This document shows, piece by piece, positions 10,371 to 23,876 of a DNA stretch of 64,000 nt. The stretch comes from Massalongia carnosa. Its lineage: Eukaryota. How positions within the stretch are numbered: the stretch's first letter is position 1; every line of letters begins with the position of its first letter. A program made the translations under genes and the position numbers. The stretch spans positions 62,001-126,000 of the forward strand of contig OZ287067.1 of assembly GCA_965645245.1 (NCBI GenBank), given 5' to 3'. The notes beneath the pieces were generated by a model, which had not been told where the DNA came from, searched no databases, and worked only from the letters and a program-made list of their open reading frames with translations.

Positions 10371-13300
10371 GTGGCGAGGCCCAACCTGGCTTTCCAATTC
10401 ACCTCTGTTTCTCCTCCACAAGGTTCACCTCCACCTCTTTCAGAAGACCTTATTCTGTTAGCCTATCAATTCTTTCATTACCGCAAGGAATACGGCTTTA
10501 GCTCGGACATCCTTCCCATTGAACGAACCATTCAGTATATAGTCCACAGCTACAGAAATCCGGAGGAACCATCATCAGGCCTTGCCCTCCGATCAGGTCG
10601 TGCTAGATCTCAGGTCCCCGCTAATTACCCGTTTCGTTGGAAGTCAGACTCTGCGGCCCTTCGAAGGGTAGTTCTAAACTTTTCTGACCGAACAAGGAGT
10701 TTCCGAGAGACACCTCAGTTGCTACACTACCTCGACCTTGACCTTTCTCCTTCCGTAGGTAGCACCCCGGTCAGAGCCAATACACCAGTGGAGGAACCTA
10801 CCCCGGAAATCCGAGATCATCTACTTGGTCTTCTCACTGCCCCAAACACAAGACAGACCTCGGCCGACGTGGAGGTCGGAAGACCAGAAAGTTCCAGAAG
10901 TCATATCAATCAGCCCGCCGTTATCATGGATAATGCTGCCCTCCAAGCTATGATAGCCGCTGCCGTAGCAGATTACAACCGGCAAAACCCACCAGTGCGT
11001 GGACCGCCTGGTCCACCTGGTCCCCAAGGCCCCCAGCCAGAGGTCGATGGACCTGCACCAGGGCAACCAAGGTGGAATTCAGCAGACGTAGGTTTCTTTG
11101 ACCCCATGTACGATGATAAGTCTTCCAATACTGGAAGTTCCATTGAGCATGTTGGAAAAGACACATACTTTAGAGACGTTCATCTATTCATAGAAAGGGT
11201 AAAAGATATTTCCGCCATCAAGGGCGACCAGTTGATCAGAGAAAACCTGTTCACATGCCTTAGAGGCGTAGCTCTACAATGGTACACAGCCGAGCTATCT
11301 GACGAAGCTAAGCTTTTGGTAAGATATGGTCTTGGGGTTGATCATTGGACTACCCAGCTTCACAAGCGGTTCAAAGAGGCACCCAACGTCGCCATGGCGG
11401 CTGTAATCAAAGGTAAGTACACTATAGAAGATGCTCGTCAACATCGAGAGCCCAGAGAGTACGCTGCCACCATGCTTCGTGCAGCTAAATCGGCCGAACT
11501 TGGCTCCACCGCTAATCACATCTTCCTCATCTACAACGGCTTGGATGTGGAATTCCAGAGAGATCTTCCATTACCTAACGTAGCCACTGACTTAGATATT
11601 TTCCTTCGCTCCCTAGATGATCATAAACACATCTGGTGGCAACTAGCCTCTCGCCAGCAGAAAACGCCTGGATTCTCCAAACCTGATCGTACTTACGACA
11701 TCAGGCCTAACAACCGAATCAACAAGTCAGCTAGTAATTTCAACATCGGTCAACAAAGGCCTTTCTTTAGTAGTTCATCAGAAAGTTGGAACTACCAGCC
11801 CCGATCCGCCAACTGGCAGAATAGTCCCTCCTACAAACAATGGAATGGTCCTAACAATCAACAGCAGTTCCAGCAAGGTCCTACCTTACAACTCACCGGT
11901 CGAACCCCTCTCGCCATAACGGCTACACCCAACGCGTCAAACGCATCAGCTTCCTCATCAAAACCAGACCGTCCTGCACAGGGATATCCAAGGTCAAACT
12001 ACCGCAATCAAAAAGGAGGAAACAAACAAAATCAAGGTGGCTCTAGGAGGGCGTATCAGGCTTCAGTTGAAGACGACGAAGATCTGCAGGAGAGCCCCGG
12101 AACATCCTCAGTCGAGCCAGAGGACATGCCGGTAAATTTCGCTGGGTATGATGAGCATGGGAACGAGATGTTCTATGCAGAGCAGGATGCACCGGAGGAA
12201 TCCGAGGACTTCGCTTGGTTTGTCGGCATAGACTCTTCCTGCACCAACTGTCAGGAATCCTTTCCATCGAAGAAGAAACTACACAAACACCTTCGGTCTG
12301 GATGTTCCAGGACATCGCCTGCCTCAAAAACCTTGAAAAAATTTGCAAATTTCACTTCTAACAAACTGTCAGTTGACAAAGAGAATGAACACGGATCGAA
12401 CGTCTATGCTAATTCCGTAGCAGACACCACTACCACTACTCCTATCATAGTCACATCCAAGGCTTCTACAGAAAACCTCGGTTTTGGACTAGGCTTTCGT
12501 AACTGGAACTTCATCGAGGGAGCGGTAAAGTTTACCCCGGAAGGTCCATCCACCGATTGCTGTCTGGACACTGGTTGTGGTTCCACTTTGGGAGATCGAG
12601 AGTGGATTAGCAGAGACATTCCTAACGCTAAGGTTCATCTTATGGCAAATCCGCTACGAGTTCGAGGTATTGGTTCCAATACGCATGAAACAAAGGAGTA
12701 CATTTTGGTTCCATCCTACATGCCGGCCTCAAAGGCGTCCGATGGAACGTCGGTTCTGGCCTGTATCACCCGTGAAATCCACATAGTGGATGGTCTCAAG
12801 GCCAATATGCTGATCGGAAACGACGTACTTGGACCAGAAGAATTTGTTATTGATATAAACAAGAAAAAGGCTTACATCGGTAGCTGTGATGTAAACATCA
12901 GCCTTCAGGTCAGACCTCGTGGAACATTCATCAGAAAGACCTTTCGCACAAAGTCCGCTGTTACCGTCACCCCAGGTGCTGAGTTAAAAGTCCCTGTCAA
13001 CATGATCTTACCAGCAGACAGAGACTTTCTTTTTGAACCTACCGATAAAGCAAATGTAACTTTGTACTATCACCTCGTAGATGTACTCACTGCAGAAATC
13101 GTAGTCCGAAACGACTCGCCTATACCAGTGGAACTTCCAAGAAAATTCCGCCTCGGACAGGTCTCCGAGGTCCACTATAACGAATGTTTTCACATAGCTG
13201 ACAAAGACCTCGCCACCAAACCACCAAAGGCAAGTTGGTTCGAAAAAGCATTTACAGCAGCAGCATTTCTGACTGCTGTTACTATGGATCTACCTACTCC

Positions 13301-16300
13301 AAGTCTTTCATCGTTTCCCCTAGAAAATTCCATTAAGGTAGCTACCACAGCATCTTGCAACAAGTATGAGACCAAGCTAGCCAACGGTGTCATGACCTAT
13401 GGCGACACGATAGCCACCAGGGCCTATTCAGACCTGGTAGAGGAGTTTCCCTCACTATGGAAGGACGAAGGCTTCATTGATGTTCCTATGAACCAGTGGA
13501 TGAAGCTACCCCTTCGCGAGGATTGGCAGTCGAAGGTCTCTGGAAAATCCAAGGTCTATCCCCTGGGAATAGAAGACAGGGAAATAGTAGATAAAACCTT
13601 TGACGAAATGCATCGACAGGGACGATTAATATGGACCAATACGCATACTCCATTCAGCTACCCTGTTTTTGTCGTTTGGAAGAAAATCGGTGACGTCCGG
13701 AAAGGCCGTGCCGTCGTAGACATCAGAGGCCTGAATGATCTTCTGGTTCCTGATGCCTACCCGGTCCATCTACAAAGTGATGTCATAGCAGACCTTCGTG
13801 GATGTGCTCTCATTTCTGCCCTAGACGCGAATTCTTTCTTCTATCAATGGCGCGTTCATCCGGAAGACACATATAAGCAAACAATAGTCACTCACCGAGG
13901 TCAGGAGACCTTTTTGGTACCAGTGATGGGCAATCGCAACTCCATTGCTTATGTTCAAAGACAAATGGACACCATTCTTCGGGACTTCCGTGACTTTGTC
14001 AAAGCTTACATAGATGACGTGGTAGTAAGATCAACGTCCCTAGATGAGCATTTAATGCATCTTCGGAAAATCTTCTCCTTATTCGTGAAGCTTGGAATAT
14101 CCATCAAGCCCACCAAGGCTTTTTTAGGCTATTCAGACGTTGATCTTCTCGGGCAGAGGGTAAACTCCCTCGGCATGTCCACCTCCGAGGAGAAACTTCG
14201 CGCCATATCTCTGTTGAAGTTCCCAAGGCACTGATAGACTTAGAACATTACCTCGGTCTTACCGGCTATCTACGTTCTTTCATCTACTACTATGCAGGCA
14301 TAGCCCGCCCTCTACAAGACCTAAAAACGCACCTTCTAAGGGCATCTCCGAAAGGAGGTCAACAACGACGAAATTATACGTCTCGTACTAAGATAATCCC
14401 TACCGAAAAAGAGACTTCAGCGTTTATAACCCTTCAGAAGCTGCTTAGCAAACCCTCCATCCTCATTCATTTTAGTCCACACCGCATTCTCTGGATAGAC
14501 CTAGACGCCTCCAAAGATTTTGGGTATGGTGTTATAGTCTTCCATGTCAAATTCGGTGTTATAGTACCAATCGGAAAATGGCCTTCAAGAAATCAAATAG
14601 AACCCATCATGTTCCTTAGCCGTCTCCTTATGGCGGCTGAAAAGAACTACTGGCCTGCTGAACTAGAGATGGCAGGTCTAGTATGGACCATAAAAAAAGT
14701 CAGACACCTTGTCCAATCATCGGAGCATCCAACGATCGTTCAGACAGATCACTCCGCTATAATCGAAATCAGTAAGCAAAAGCTGATAACGGCCACTACA
14801 TCGACCATGAGAATGAACGTCCGATTGGTCAGAGCTTCTCAGTTTCTGAGTCAATTCCGACTCGACATCAGGCATAAACCAGGCAAAGAGCACATCATTC
14901 CTGATGCTCTTTCCCGACTAGCCAGCGCCAACGTGAGGCCTATCTTAGCCGATGATCACTCAGAGTTGGATGTCTTATACGTCTATAACACTACGGTCGT
15001 AGAAATGAGCAATGACTTCAGAAAACGTCTCATCGCCGGTTATTCTACAGATAAATTATGGATCAATATAATCCAAATGATAGACACTAACGATAAACTC
15101 GATGAGGATGCCGCTAAAATTCCTTTTGCCGGTCAAACACTATGGAAATTCCAGTCAATCCAGCTGAGATGAACTCAACTGAAAAATCAACTCAGGACAT
15201 TTTGCCAATTGGCAAAACAGACAAGGATCTCATCTATCACATATATAGATTCTCAGGTATCAGACGTCTCTGTATACCAGCCAGTTGTGTCAAAGACATA
15301 TTTGCTATAGCGCATGGAAATGGTCATCCTGGATTTGCCAGGTGCTATGAGATAGTTACTCGTTCATGGTACGTCAGGAGCCTGGTACGGACATTACGAG
15401 AGTACATACGACACTGTCCAGAGTATCTAGTACTTCAGACCAGAAGACATAAACCCTGGGGAAGTCTTCAGCCCATCGACAGCCCACCGGTTCCATTTCA
15501 TACTATTACTTTGGATTTTATCCTAGCACTTCCCATCACCAAGGAAGCATGGGACTCGATAATGTCTGTAACGGATAAATTTACCAAGCAAATAACCATG
15601 ATTCCTGGAAAGTCCACGTTCGGTGCAGTAAATTGGGCAGACCTTCTCTACGAACGTCTTTCTCTTATGAACTGGGGTCTGCCCAAGGTGATTATTACCG
15701 ATCGGGATCCAAAGTTCCTATCTGAGCTATGGAAGGCGATCTTTCATAGACTGGGTACTTCCCTACTCTATTCCACAGCTTATCATCCTCGGACGGATGG
15801 AAGTTCGGAACGAACGAATCAAACGGCGAAAATTGCCTTAAGTTTTCACATAAGCACCCTGGAGGCTCCAACTGACTGGCCAAAAGTCCTAGTTTCTATT
15901 CAGTCATCTCTGAACAACTCTTCATCTTCCACCACCGGAAAGACTCCTAATGAGCTAGCATTTGGATTTACTCCAAACACGGCCCTGGATCTTCTCAGGG
16001 ATGATGCCGAAATACAAATATCCGCAGTTAGAAATCAAGCTAGGGACGCTATCTCCTTTGCCAGTATGAATTATAAACGGCACTATGACCGCTTACATCA
16101 ACCTTTGTTCATGAAGGAGGGAGAATGGGCCCTGCTCAAGCTTCATAAGGGATATTCCATCCCCTCGACCACTGGAGTAACCAAGAAGCTCACTCAACAG
16201 TACGTAGGGCCTTTCAAGGTCTTACAGAAGGTCGGCCGCTTGGCTTGCCGCCTTGACGTCCCTCCCCACTGGAAGGTTCATCCTGTCTTCTCGGTAGCAC

Positions 16301-16857
16301 AGCTAGAGCCCTGTCCGCTACCAGCGACGGACCCGTTTGACCGTCCTAGGCCTGATCATCCACCCACCGTCTTCGTGGAAGGAGACACGGACTACCTCAA
16401 GTCTTACGAGATAGAAAGGATATTAAATAAACGTGTCGTCCGGAAAGGCCGCAGACAGTCCATACAGTACTTGGTAAAATGGAAGGGCTACGGACCCGAG
16501 TTCGATCAATGGTATAGCATCAAGGATCTTGACAATGCCAAGAAATTAGTCTATGACTACGAAAAGAGCATAGGGTCCACACTGTCCATTGACAGTCCAC
16601 CTGCGTCAACACCCTCCAGTACTGCGGTAGTTACCAAGGAAACACCTGCTATCACAGCACCAGCTGGTGAGGCAGTACAAATGTCAAAGGTGGCTCCCGC
16701 TGAAACGTCCACGACTGGTCCTACAAAGGTCACACCTGCTCCACAATCCGCCTCACTAACACCTACTACGGGAGCTATGGTACCCGCTACAATAGCAGTC
16801 GTGCCAGTAAAGAGGGGTCGTGGAAGACCCAGGAAAGATGGCAGAGTTAGTAAGTAA
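10371..16857 (+). pseudogene. Gypsy A gag-pol polyprotein (C2H2 finger, protease, RT, RNaseH, integrase, chromodomain, AT-hook); frameshifts near 14230 and 15150
   Basis: LDTGC protease; YIDD RT; DAS and ADALSR-like RNaseH; DFI..DRD..E integrase, GPF motif; YLVKWKGY chromodomain; KRGRGRPRK tail. Confidence 0.92.
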
Positions 16858-16903
16858 TAATATTGCTACGGGGTCGTAGCAGCTTTATTTGCTCGGGGGA
16901 AGT

Positions 16904-17107
16904 TGTCACGATAATATATCATAGCATGCTTTCGTACTCTAACGCTTGCTTATCTCCGTGATAGGCCCGGCTTAATTCTTTGGTCCTTCCATGATAGGAG
17001 CAGGTCCAGATTGGGACTAGTCTAGATTAGCTGTATATAGACGAGCTTGCTCGCATATCTCAATGGACATCCTTTTACACACCCTTATTATGATGATTAC
17101 CTTTACA
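16904..17107 (+). repeat. 3' LTR of Gypsy A
   Basis: Direct repeat of the reconstructed 5' LTR with about 7 substitutions. Confidence 0.93.
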
Positions 17108-17339
17108 TCAGTTCTTCCAGTCAAACAAATTGTGTCGTGACTAACTAGTCAAATGCTGCTCGAGATACAACAACATCAGGTTCTGAACATCAGACGGCCC
17201 ATTTCTGAAATGCTACTTTCGGGTTGAAAAATGCAGATGTGTTAAGACTCGTGGACTATGCTGAGTACGATATAATTAATTTTAACTATGGTTTCTTTTA
17301 CTATAACGGGCTTTATCATGATATGAAGACCAGCCGGTC

Positions 17340-17520
17340 ATGAATCACAACTGGCTTGCAGCGTTCAACACGAAGTAATCCTGAGCATGATCATGGTGCT
17401 AAATTGGTAGATCTGGAGGCACAAGATCAGCACGGGCGGACAGCGTTAATTTGAACAGCAGAACGAGAAGGTGGTGGAGATGTTGCTGGACAATGGCGCG
17501 GAGGTGAATGTTTAAGGTAG
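17340..17520 (+). pseudogene. Ankyrin-repeat relic (paralog of 52159-52437)
   Basis: GTAGATCTGGAGGCACAAGATCAGCAC...GTGGAGATGTTGCTGGAC shared with 52231-52323; stops and deletions. Confidence 0.7.
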
Positions 17521-17883
17521 AAGGTATGCCAACTTCTTGTTATTTGGAAGAGTTAGAGCACCTTGTTTAGGCCTCTCTGCTAACGCGGGCGAGTTCAAAA
17601 CCTAGGGGTAGTCGCGTGCGTCAGCGAGCTCGATCATTCTGTCATTCATGTTCTAAACTTTCAGCTTTGGACAAAATAAAAAGTAGTATTCTTACGCTGC
17701 TTTGTTCATCAAGCGCTCAGTAGATCAAGTTTCAAGGGTAATGAGATTTAGTTCTGAATTATATGAATCGCTTTAAGACTCCAATGAAAAACTCTCCATC
17801 TGCCACTCATTGAGAGCCTCAAGCGAAGACTCTGTATCAGGATGTTGAAGACCCAATTTGTGTCTTTGTAGCTGAAAACATTC

Positions 17884-20800
17884 TGTCAAATGTCAGCTAT
17901 ACTGGCATTAACCAACATTGGTCAACGGGCCCGTCACATGCCCGTCACATGACATTGCCACCGCGGCAAAGGTAAAAATTCTTCATCCCCCACATTCTTT
18001 CTTCCTTCGGAGACATCTCTTGATCTATCCCCTGGCGGCATACCTAGCTAGAAAATCATCTATAGATCAATGCCATTCATTTCACTTCATCTGGTCAAGA
18101 CGTAAATCATCTCAAGTGATCAGCAGGGCAAAAAGCCTCAGAGTTATGAGCCCGGATTCTTGCTTCCATCGTCTTGACCACTTCTTGAATCTTTAAAAAA
18201 GCCACCTTTTGGCACTTATTCAGAATCCATCACTTGGCACCTTCAGCATTTTTCGAAATCAGCCCTTTTTCTAAATACAGTATCAGCAATATCGGCATCG
18301 CCCAGAAAAATCGTCTTTGTAAAATCGGCCGACTGGAGAACATGGTTTTCCTTCATCCAGATAAAGGCAGAAAGTCTAGAAATTTGGGATGAGGTTAACC
18401 CGAATGAGCCATTTAAGGAGTCGTTAAAACGGCCAGAGATACCAAATTTTCCAATCTCGGAAATGATGCTGATGAAGTTGAGGCAGGAAAGTATCATATG
18501 CCTCAACTGAAAACTCAGCTATACAGATTAAAATTGAACGAATACAAAGTTCGAAAAGCAGCACTAACTGAGCTGACATCCAACATTCTAGAAAGTCTGT
18601 CGACCGAATACGGCGTTTATTTGGAAGACATAAACCAAAATAGAGGACATCCATGGAGAATACTGACGGCACTGAAGCAAAGAATTGCTCCATCTGATGC
18701 CGCCCAAATTCGGGACATTGAGACCAAATACAAGAAGCTCAAAAAGGGACCAGGAAATCAAAATTTGGAGACATACATCGAGCAGTGGCAGAGGACATAC
18801 ACTGACGCCATCAATAATAAGCTTTTTGAGGCAGAGGGGCAACGAGCTCATCGGTACTTTCTCATGGCCATTCGGGAAAAGGAGACTAACTTTACCGATA
18901 CCATGCTGATCAATCTAAATAGGGAGCCGGACATGGACTTCTATAAATTGCTGGAAGAATTCCGACAATTCGTCCGGTATCAAAAAGCTGAAAAAGGGGA
19001 GTCCCATTCCGCCTTTTCTGCTAATTCCAACCAGTCTTCCTCATCTAATCAGGGACCTACATTCAATGGTCAGCGACCGGCTAGACCACCTTGCATTTGC
19101 GGCAAAGATCATGCCCTCGGTTATTGCTGGTACCTAGTGCCTGACCATCCCCGCCGACCGCACAATTTCAAAACGAGTCCCGAAATCCAATCCCGAATCG
19201 ATGACGCTATGAAGGAGAAGGCATTCCGGGAGAAGGTGGAAAAATCCATACAAACCTGCAAAGAAAAAGCTAGGACTAGTCAGAATAATCAGGGGCAAAA
19301 GAATCAGGATCAGAAAGGGCAGAAAAATAACACGATACCGGAGGGTGGAAATGCCACCTTTGCAGCTTTTTGCAGCACTTCCTTTTCAGCGGCAAATAGC
19401 TTAGTCATCAAGGGGTCATGGATTCTAGATAATGGATCCAATCGGCACATTTGCAATGAGACCATGAAATCGCGTATAGTGAAGACGCGAGATGCATCAA
19501 AAGATGACTATTTGGCAGCCGGTGCCAACTACCTAAAAATTGAATTCTACGGAACCATCAGAATCAACATCCCTGCCCCATCTGGACCATGGATAATTTC
19601 ATTAGTCGACGTCGCCTACGTCCCTAGATTCATGACAAATGTCGTCGCTCAGCATTTATTCAATGTAAAAGGGGTACACTTTGACGATTGGAAAATGCAC
19701 CTGCATAGGGTAGGAAAGACTGTCGCATGGGTTAAACCACCAATTGGGCACTTCTTACTGGAAGACAACACTGAGGGGGTGTTCAATCAGTCATTTGCAA
19801 CAGGGCAAAATTCCGCTGCAGCTAAAGAGAAAGAAAATGTCAAATCTGCACCTTCCTATCAATGGCATCAGATGTTGGCACATGCGTCAAATGACGCCAT
19901 TCAGCATTTACAGGCATCAGCTGAGGGGGTGAAGATTGCTGATTCAGCAACTGCCCCTACAATTCCCAAAACCAATGAGTGCGCACATTCCAAAATGCAC
20001 CGAATCATCTCTAGGTCAGCGGAAAATGCCGAAACGGCAGCACTACCTTTTCATCGAATCACATACGACTTAATCCCATTGAACCCTGCCTATAATAAAG
20101 ATGAATGGGTCTCTCATTTCGCCTGCCATTGGACCGATTTTAACATGGTTTTTACTCATCTAAAGAAATCAGATGCGACGCGGATAGTAAAAGAGGCACT
20201 TAATTTGATCGAGACTAGATACAATGGAAAAGTAGTCTTCTTTCGGACTGACGGCGAGAAATCTTTGGGAGGTGATTTTCGAGAATTACTTATAGAAAAG
20301 GGGATTACTTACGAACCATCTGCACCTCATTCGCCGGAGCAGAATGGGCTTTCAGAAAGAGAAGGGGGAATTTTGACCCTAAAAGCACGTGCTATGCGGA
20401 TGGATGCAAATCTTCCTACATTTCTTTGGCCGGAAATTTTTCGGACTGCCGGCTATATAGCAAATCGGACTCCTATGGGAAAACATCAATGGAAAACGCC
20501 ATACCAGATGGTCTACATGACCCGTCCAAACTTAGCACATTTACACGTTTATGGCTGCAAAGCTTATGCCTTAAATAAGCAAATTTCGAAGAAGGAAAAG
20601 TTGAAAGAAAGAGCTCACATCGGACATTTGGTTGGTTATGATGCTCGCAACATTTTTCGCATTTGGATACCATCTCAGCGGAAGGTAATTCGGACTAGAG
20701 ACGTTATTTTCGATGACAGCACTAGATACGATCCTTATGACATAGATGTCATGCAGGCAATTTCCGAGCCAATGCTGCCATTACCAGACACGTTTGAAAT

Positions 20801-23183
20801 TCCGAATCTTCTTACTGATTTGGCGCGAATTACCGAGGTGGAATCAGATTTAGAAGATGAGATAAATCTGCATGCGGAGCAAAACCAGCAATCTATAGAA
20901 AAAGGGCAAATGCCAGCATCTGGCAATTCCCCAAATGACTCCGCAAATGACTCCGCATCACATGACTCAGCAAAAGGCAAAACACTCGAATATTTGCCAT
21001 CTCCCTTACCATCTGAAGCAACCCCGCCACCTGACCCTAAACCATCTCAAAAAGAGAAGAGGGTGATTGGTCTAGAATTGGACCAGGCAAATATCTTGCC
21101 TGAGGGGGTGAGACGGGAAAGAAAAGGCAGAAAACAGGCTTATTTCGCTGCCTTGAAAGATGCCGAAAATGGAGAAGTTATCTCCTTTCATTCCTCATTT
21201 GCAGCATTTGCAAAATCATCATTCTTTACTAAATTTCTCAGCATCGCCTACATAGAGATTCCCTACCTGCGGAACCAAAGCATTTCGGTCAAATGCTGAA
21301 ACATTCTCATTCCGCCGGATTTCAGGAAGCAATCAAAACGGAAATAAAAGCTTTGGAAGCAAAGGGCACTTGGAAAGAAATTCCTACAAATGAGGTTATT
21401 TCGAAAGATAATGTCATCATTCCTACTATGTGGATTTTCAAATATAAATTCGACGAAGAGGGATATTTGACCAAATACAAAGCTCGCTTAGTGGCTAGGG
21501 GTGATTTTCAGAAGACTGACCAAGACACCTACGCCGCCACTTTGGCAGCTCGCATTTTCCGAGCATTAATGGCAATTGTAGCAACATTCGGTTTGGAGAC
21601 GCGACAGTATGACGCCATAAATGCATTTGCCAATAGTCCTATAGATGAGCCCATCTATTGTAAGCCACCTGAGGGATGGCCAAAAGATAGCGGCATTTTG
21701 CTGCTTCTACAAAGGGCTCTGTATGGACTAAAACAATCTCCAGCCTTATGGTATCGTCTTTTATCGGAAGCACTAATCGGAATGAATTTTGAGCCGATAC
21801 CAGGAGCAGATTGTCTCTTCATCAGTCGGGACAAGCATTTGCTTCTTTTCTTCTTCGTAGATGACATCGTTCTTCTATACGATCGTCGTTGGACCAATCA
21901 AGCTGACGTTTTTCAGACGCAGCTATTTGACCGTTTTGAAATGCGACATTTAGGAGAATTAGAATGGTTCCTAGGAATTCAGATCTCTAGGAAACGCGAA
22001 ACCGGACTTTTATGGCTGTTTCAGCAGTCCTACATTGAAAAGATAATTTCAAAATTCAATGTCAGCATTAATCTAGAAAATAAGGGACCGGCGACACCTT
22101 TACCATACGGATCAGGAATGCAATTGGTCAGAAATTCTGGTCAGACTACAAATCAGGAAATCCATGCCTACCAGCAAATAGTTGGATCCATCAATTTCGC
22201 CGCAGTAATAACCCGCCCGGACGTCGCATTTGCAGCTTCCAAACTGTCGGAATTTCTAACCAACCCATCTAAATGCCATTCGGAAGCTGCCATTCGGACC
22301 CTGAAATATTTAGGGCATTCCAAAACATTGACCATTTGGTTTAACTCTTCTGATTTTTTCGGAAACTCTGACCATTCTTCTTCTGACCAAACCATCTTTT
22401 TAGCAAGCAGCGACGCCTCATTTGCCGATGACCCCGCGACCAGATATAGCTCCCAGGGATACGGATTCAAGCTATTTAGTGGAATGATAGATTGGAAGGC
22501 GTCAAAGCAGAAGACGGTCACCACTAGCAGTACGGAAGCGGAATTGCTCGCCATCTCATCGGCAGGAAAGGAGCTCATCTGGTGGACGCGTCTTTTTCAA
22601 GAGATAAAGCTAGATTTGCAGATGATGCCAAACATTCAATGCGACAATCGGCAGACAATCAGGGCACTGACGGAAAATAAACTGGTGACCAAGCTTCGCC
22701 ATGTCGACATCCATAAACATTGGCTACGCCAAGAAATTGCAAAGGATCGAATCAAAATTCAATAGGTGCCCACTGCCACAATTCTGGCAGATGGATTGAC
22801 GAAGGCATTGCCGCCTCAAAGGCATGCTTCATTTGTCAAATTACTAGGCCTGAAAGGGCAACATCATGAAGATATAAAAGAAGGATGATAAAGATCATTG
22901 CAGATGATCTTCATCAAGGGGGTGTGTCAAATGTCAGCTATACTGGCATTAATCAACATTGGTCAACGGGCCCGTCACATGCCCGTCACATGACATTGCC
23001 ACCGCGGCACAGGTAAAAATTCTTCATCCCCCACATTCTTTCTTCCTTCGGAGACATCTCTTGATCTATCCCCTGGCGGCATACCTAGCTAGAAAAGCAT
23101 CTATAGATCAATGCCATTCATTTCACTTCATCTGGTCAAGACGTAAATCATCTCAACTGATCATCAGGGCAAAAAGCCTCAGA
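17884..23183 (+). mobile_element. Ty1/Copia LTR retrotransposon A
   Basis: 259-bp LTRs (17884-18142, 22925-23183; about 5 differences); TSD CATTC; GTTATGAGCCC PBS-like motif; AAGGGGGTG PPT; PR-IN-RT-RH order. Confidence 0.95.
18289..22888 (+). pseudogene. Copia A gag-pol polyprotein (start apparently ATG>ATA, frameshifts, late TAG)
   Basis: WILDNGSNRHI protease; WHQMLAH, RTDGE, QNGLSER integrase; KARLVARG, FVDD RT; SDASFAD, TEAE RNaseH. Confidence 0.92.
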
Positions 23184-23876
23184 CATTCCTTTAGCAGTGA
23201 GAGAGCCTCATCATTGCGGCCTTGAGACTTCCACGTGAATGCAAGGTTGCTCATGCTAGTCAGCGTGTCTAGATGCTCCGCCCCTAGCACCCTCTTTCTC
23301 GTCTCCATCACTTGCACCTCCAGCTCTTCGGCCTCCGTCCATCGTCCTTGATTCCAATACGTCGACGCAAGATTGGCAATGCTAGTCAGCGTGTCTGGAT
23401 GCTCCGCCCCTAGCACCCTCTTTCTCGTCTCCATCACTTGCACCTCCAGCTCTTCGGCCTCCGTCCATCGTCCTTGATTCCAATACGTCAACGCAAGATT
23501 GGCCATGCCAGTCAGCGTGTCTGGATGCTCCGCCCCTAGCACCCTCTTTCTCGTCTCCATCACTTGCACCTGCAGCTCTTCGGCCTTTTTTCGTCGCCCT
23601 CCAGAGCTGGATGCTATGGCTAGCATAGTCATACTTTTCAATTTCTCTTCATCCTCTGGACCAAGCACTTTTTGCCTGAATCTTGTTCTGTTTTTCGTCA
23701 CATGAGCAATCATTCGAGTTTCTTTTTGACAGGTGATTTTTTTGGCTGTCAAGGACGAGGCCTGTCTCTGACATATTGTAACAGGGGTGGTAATAAGTCA
23801 CCCAAGCCACTGAGTCAAAAGGCTACTATGGTAGTTCTCCTATGGAGACACTACCGCTTATTACACTACATATAGG

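Larger units (their letters stand above)
3667..17107 (+). mobile_element. Ty3/Gypsy chromovirus LTR retrotransposon A (5' LTR interrupted by a Tc1 element)
   Basis: 204-bp LTRs TGTCAC...TTTACA; TSD TCAGT at 3662-3666 and 17108-17112; TGGTAGCG PBS-like motif after the 5' LTR; purine tract before the 3' LTR; gag-PR-RT-RH-IN-chromodomain order. Confidence 0.95.
17773..23678 (-). pseudogene. 3' (TPR) part of a duplicated NB-ARC/TPR NLR gene; 5'-truncated and split by a Copia element
   Basis: 42-aa repeats RKRVLGAEHPDTL...GRWTEAEELEVQVMET at 23189-23678; tail 17773-17883 matches 52609-52720; rejoined at TSD CATTC. Confidence 0.88.
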
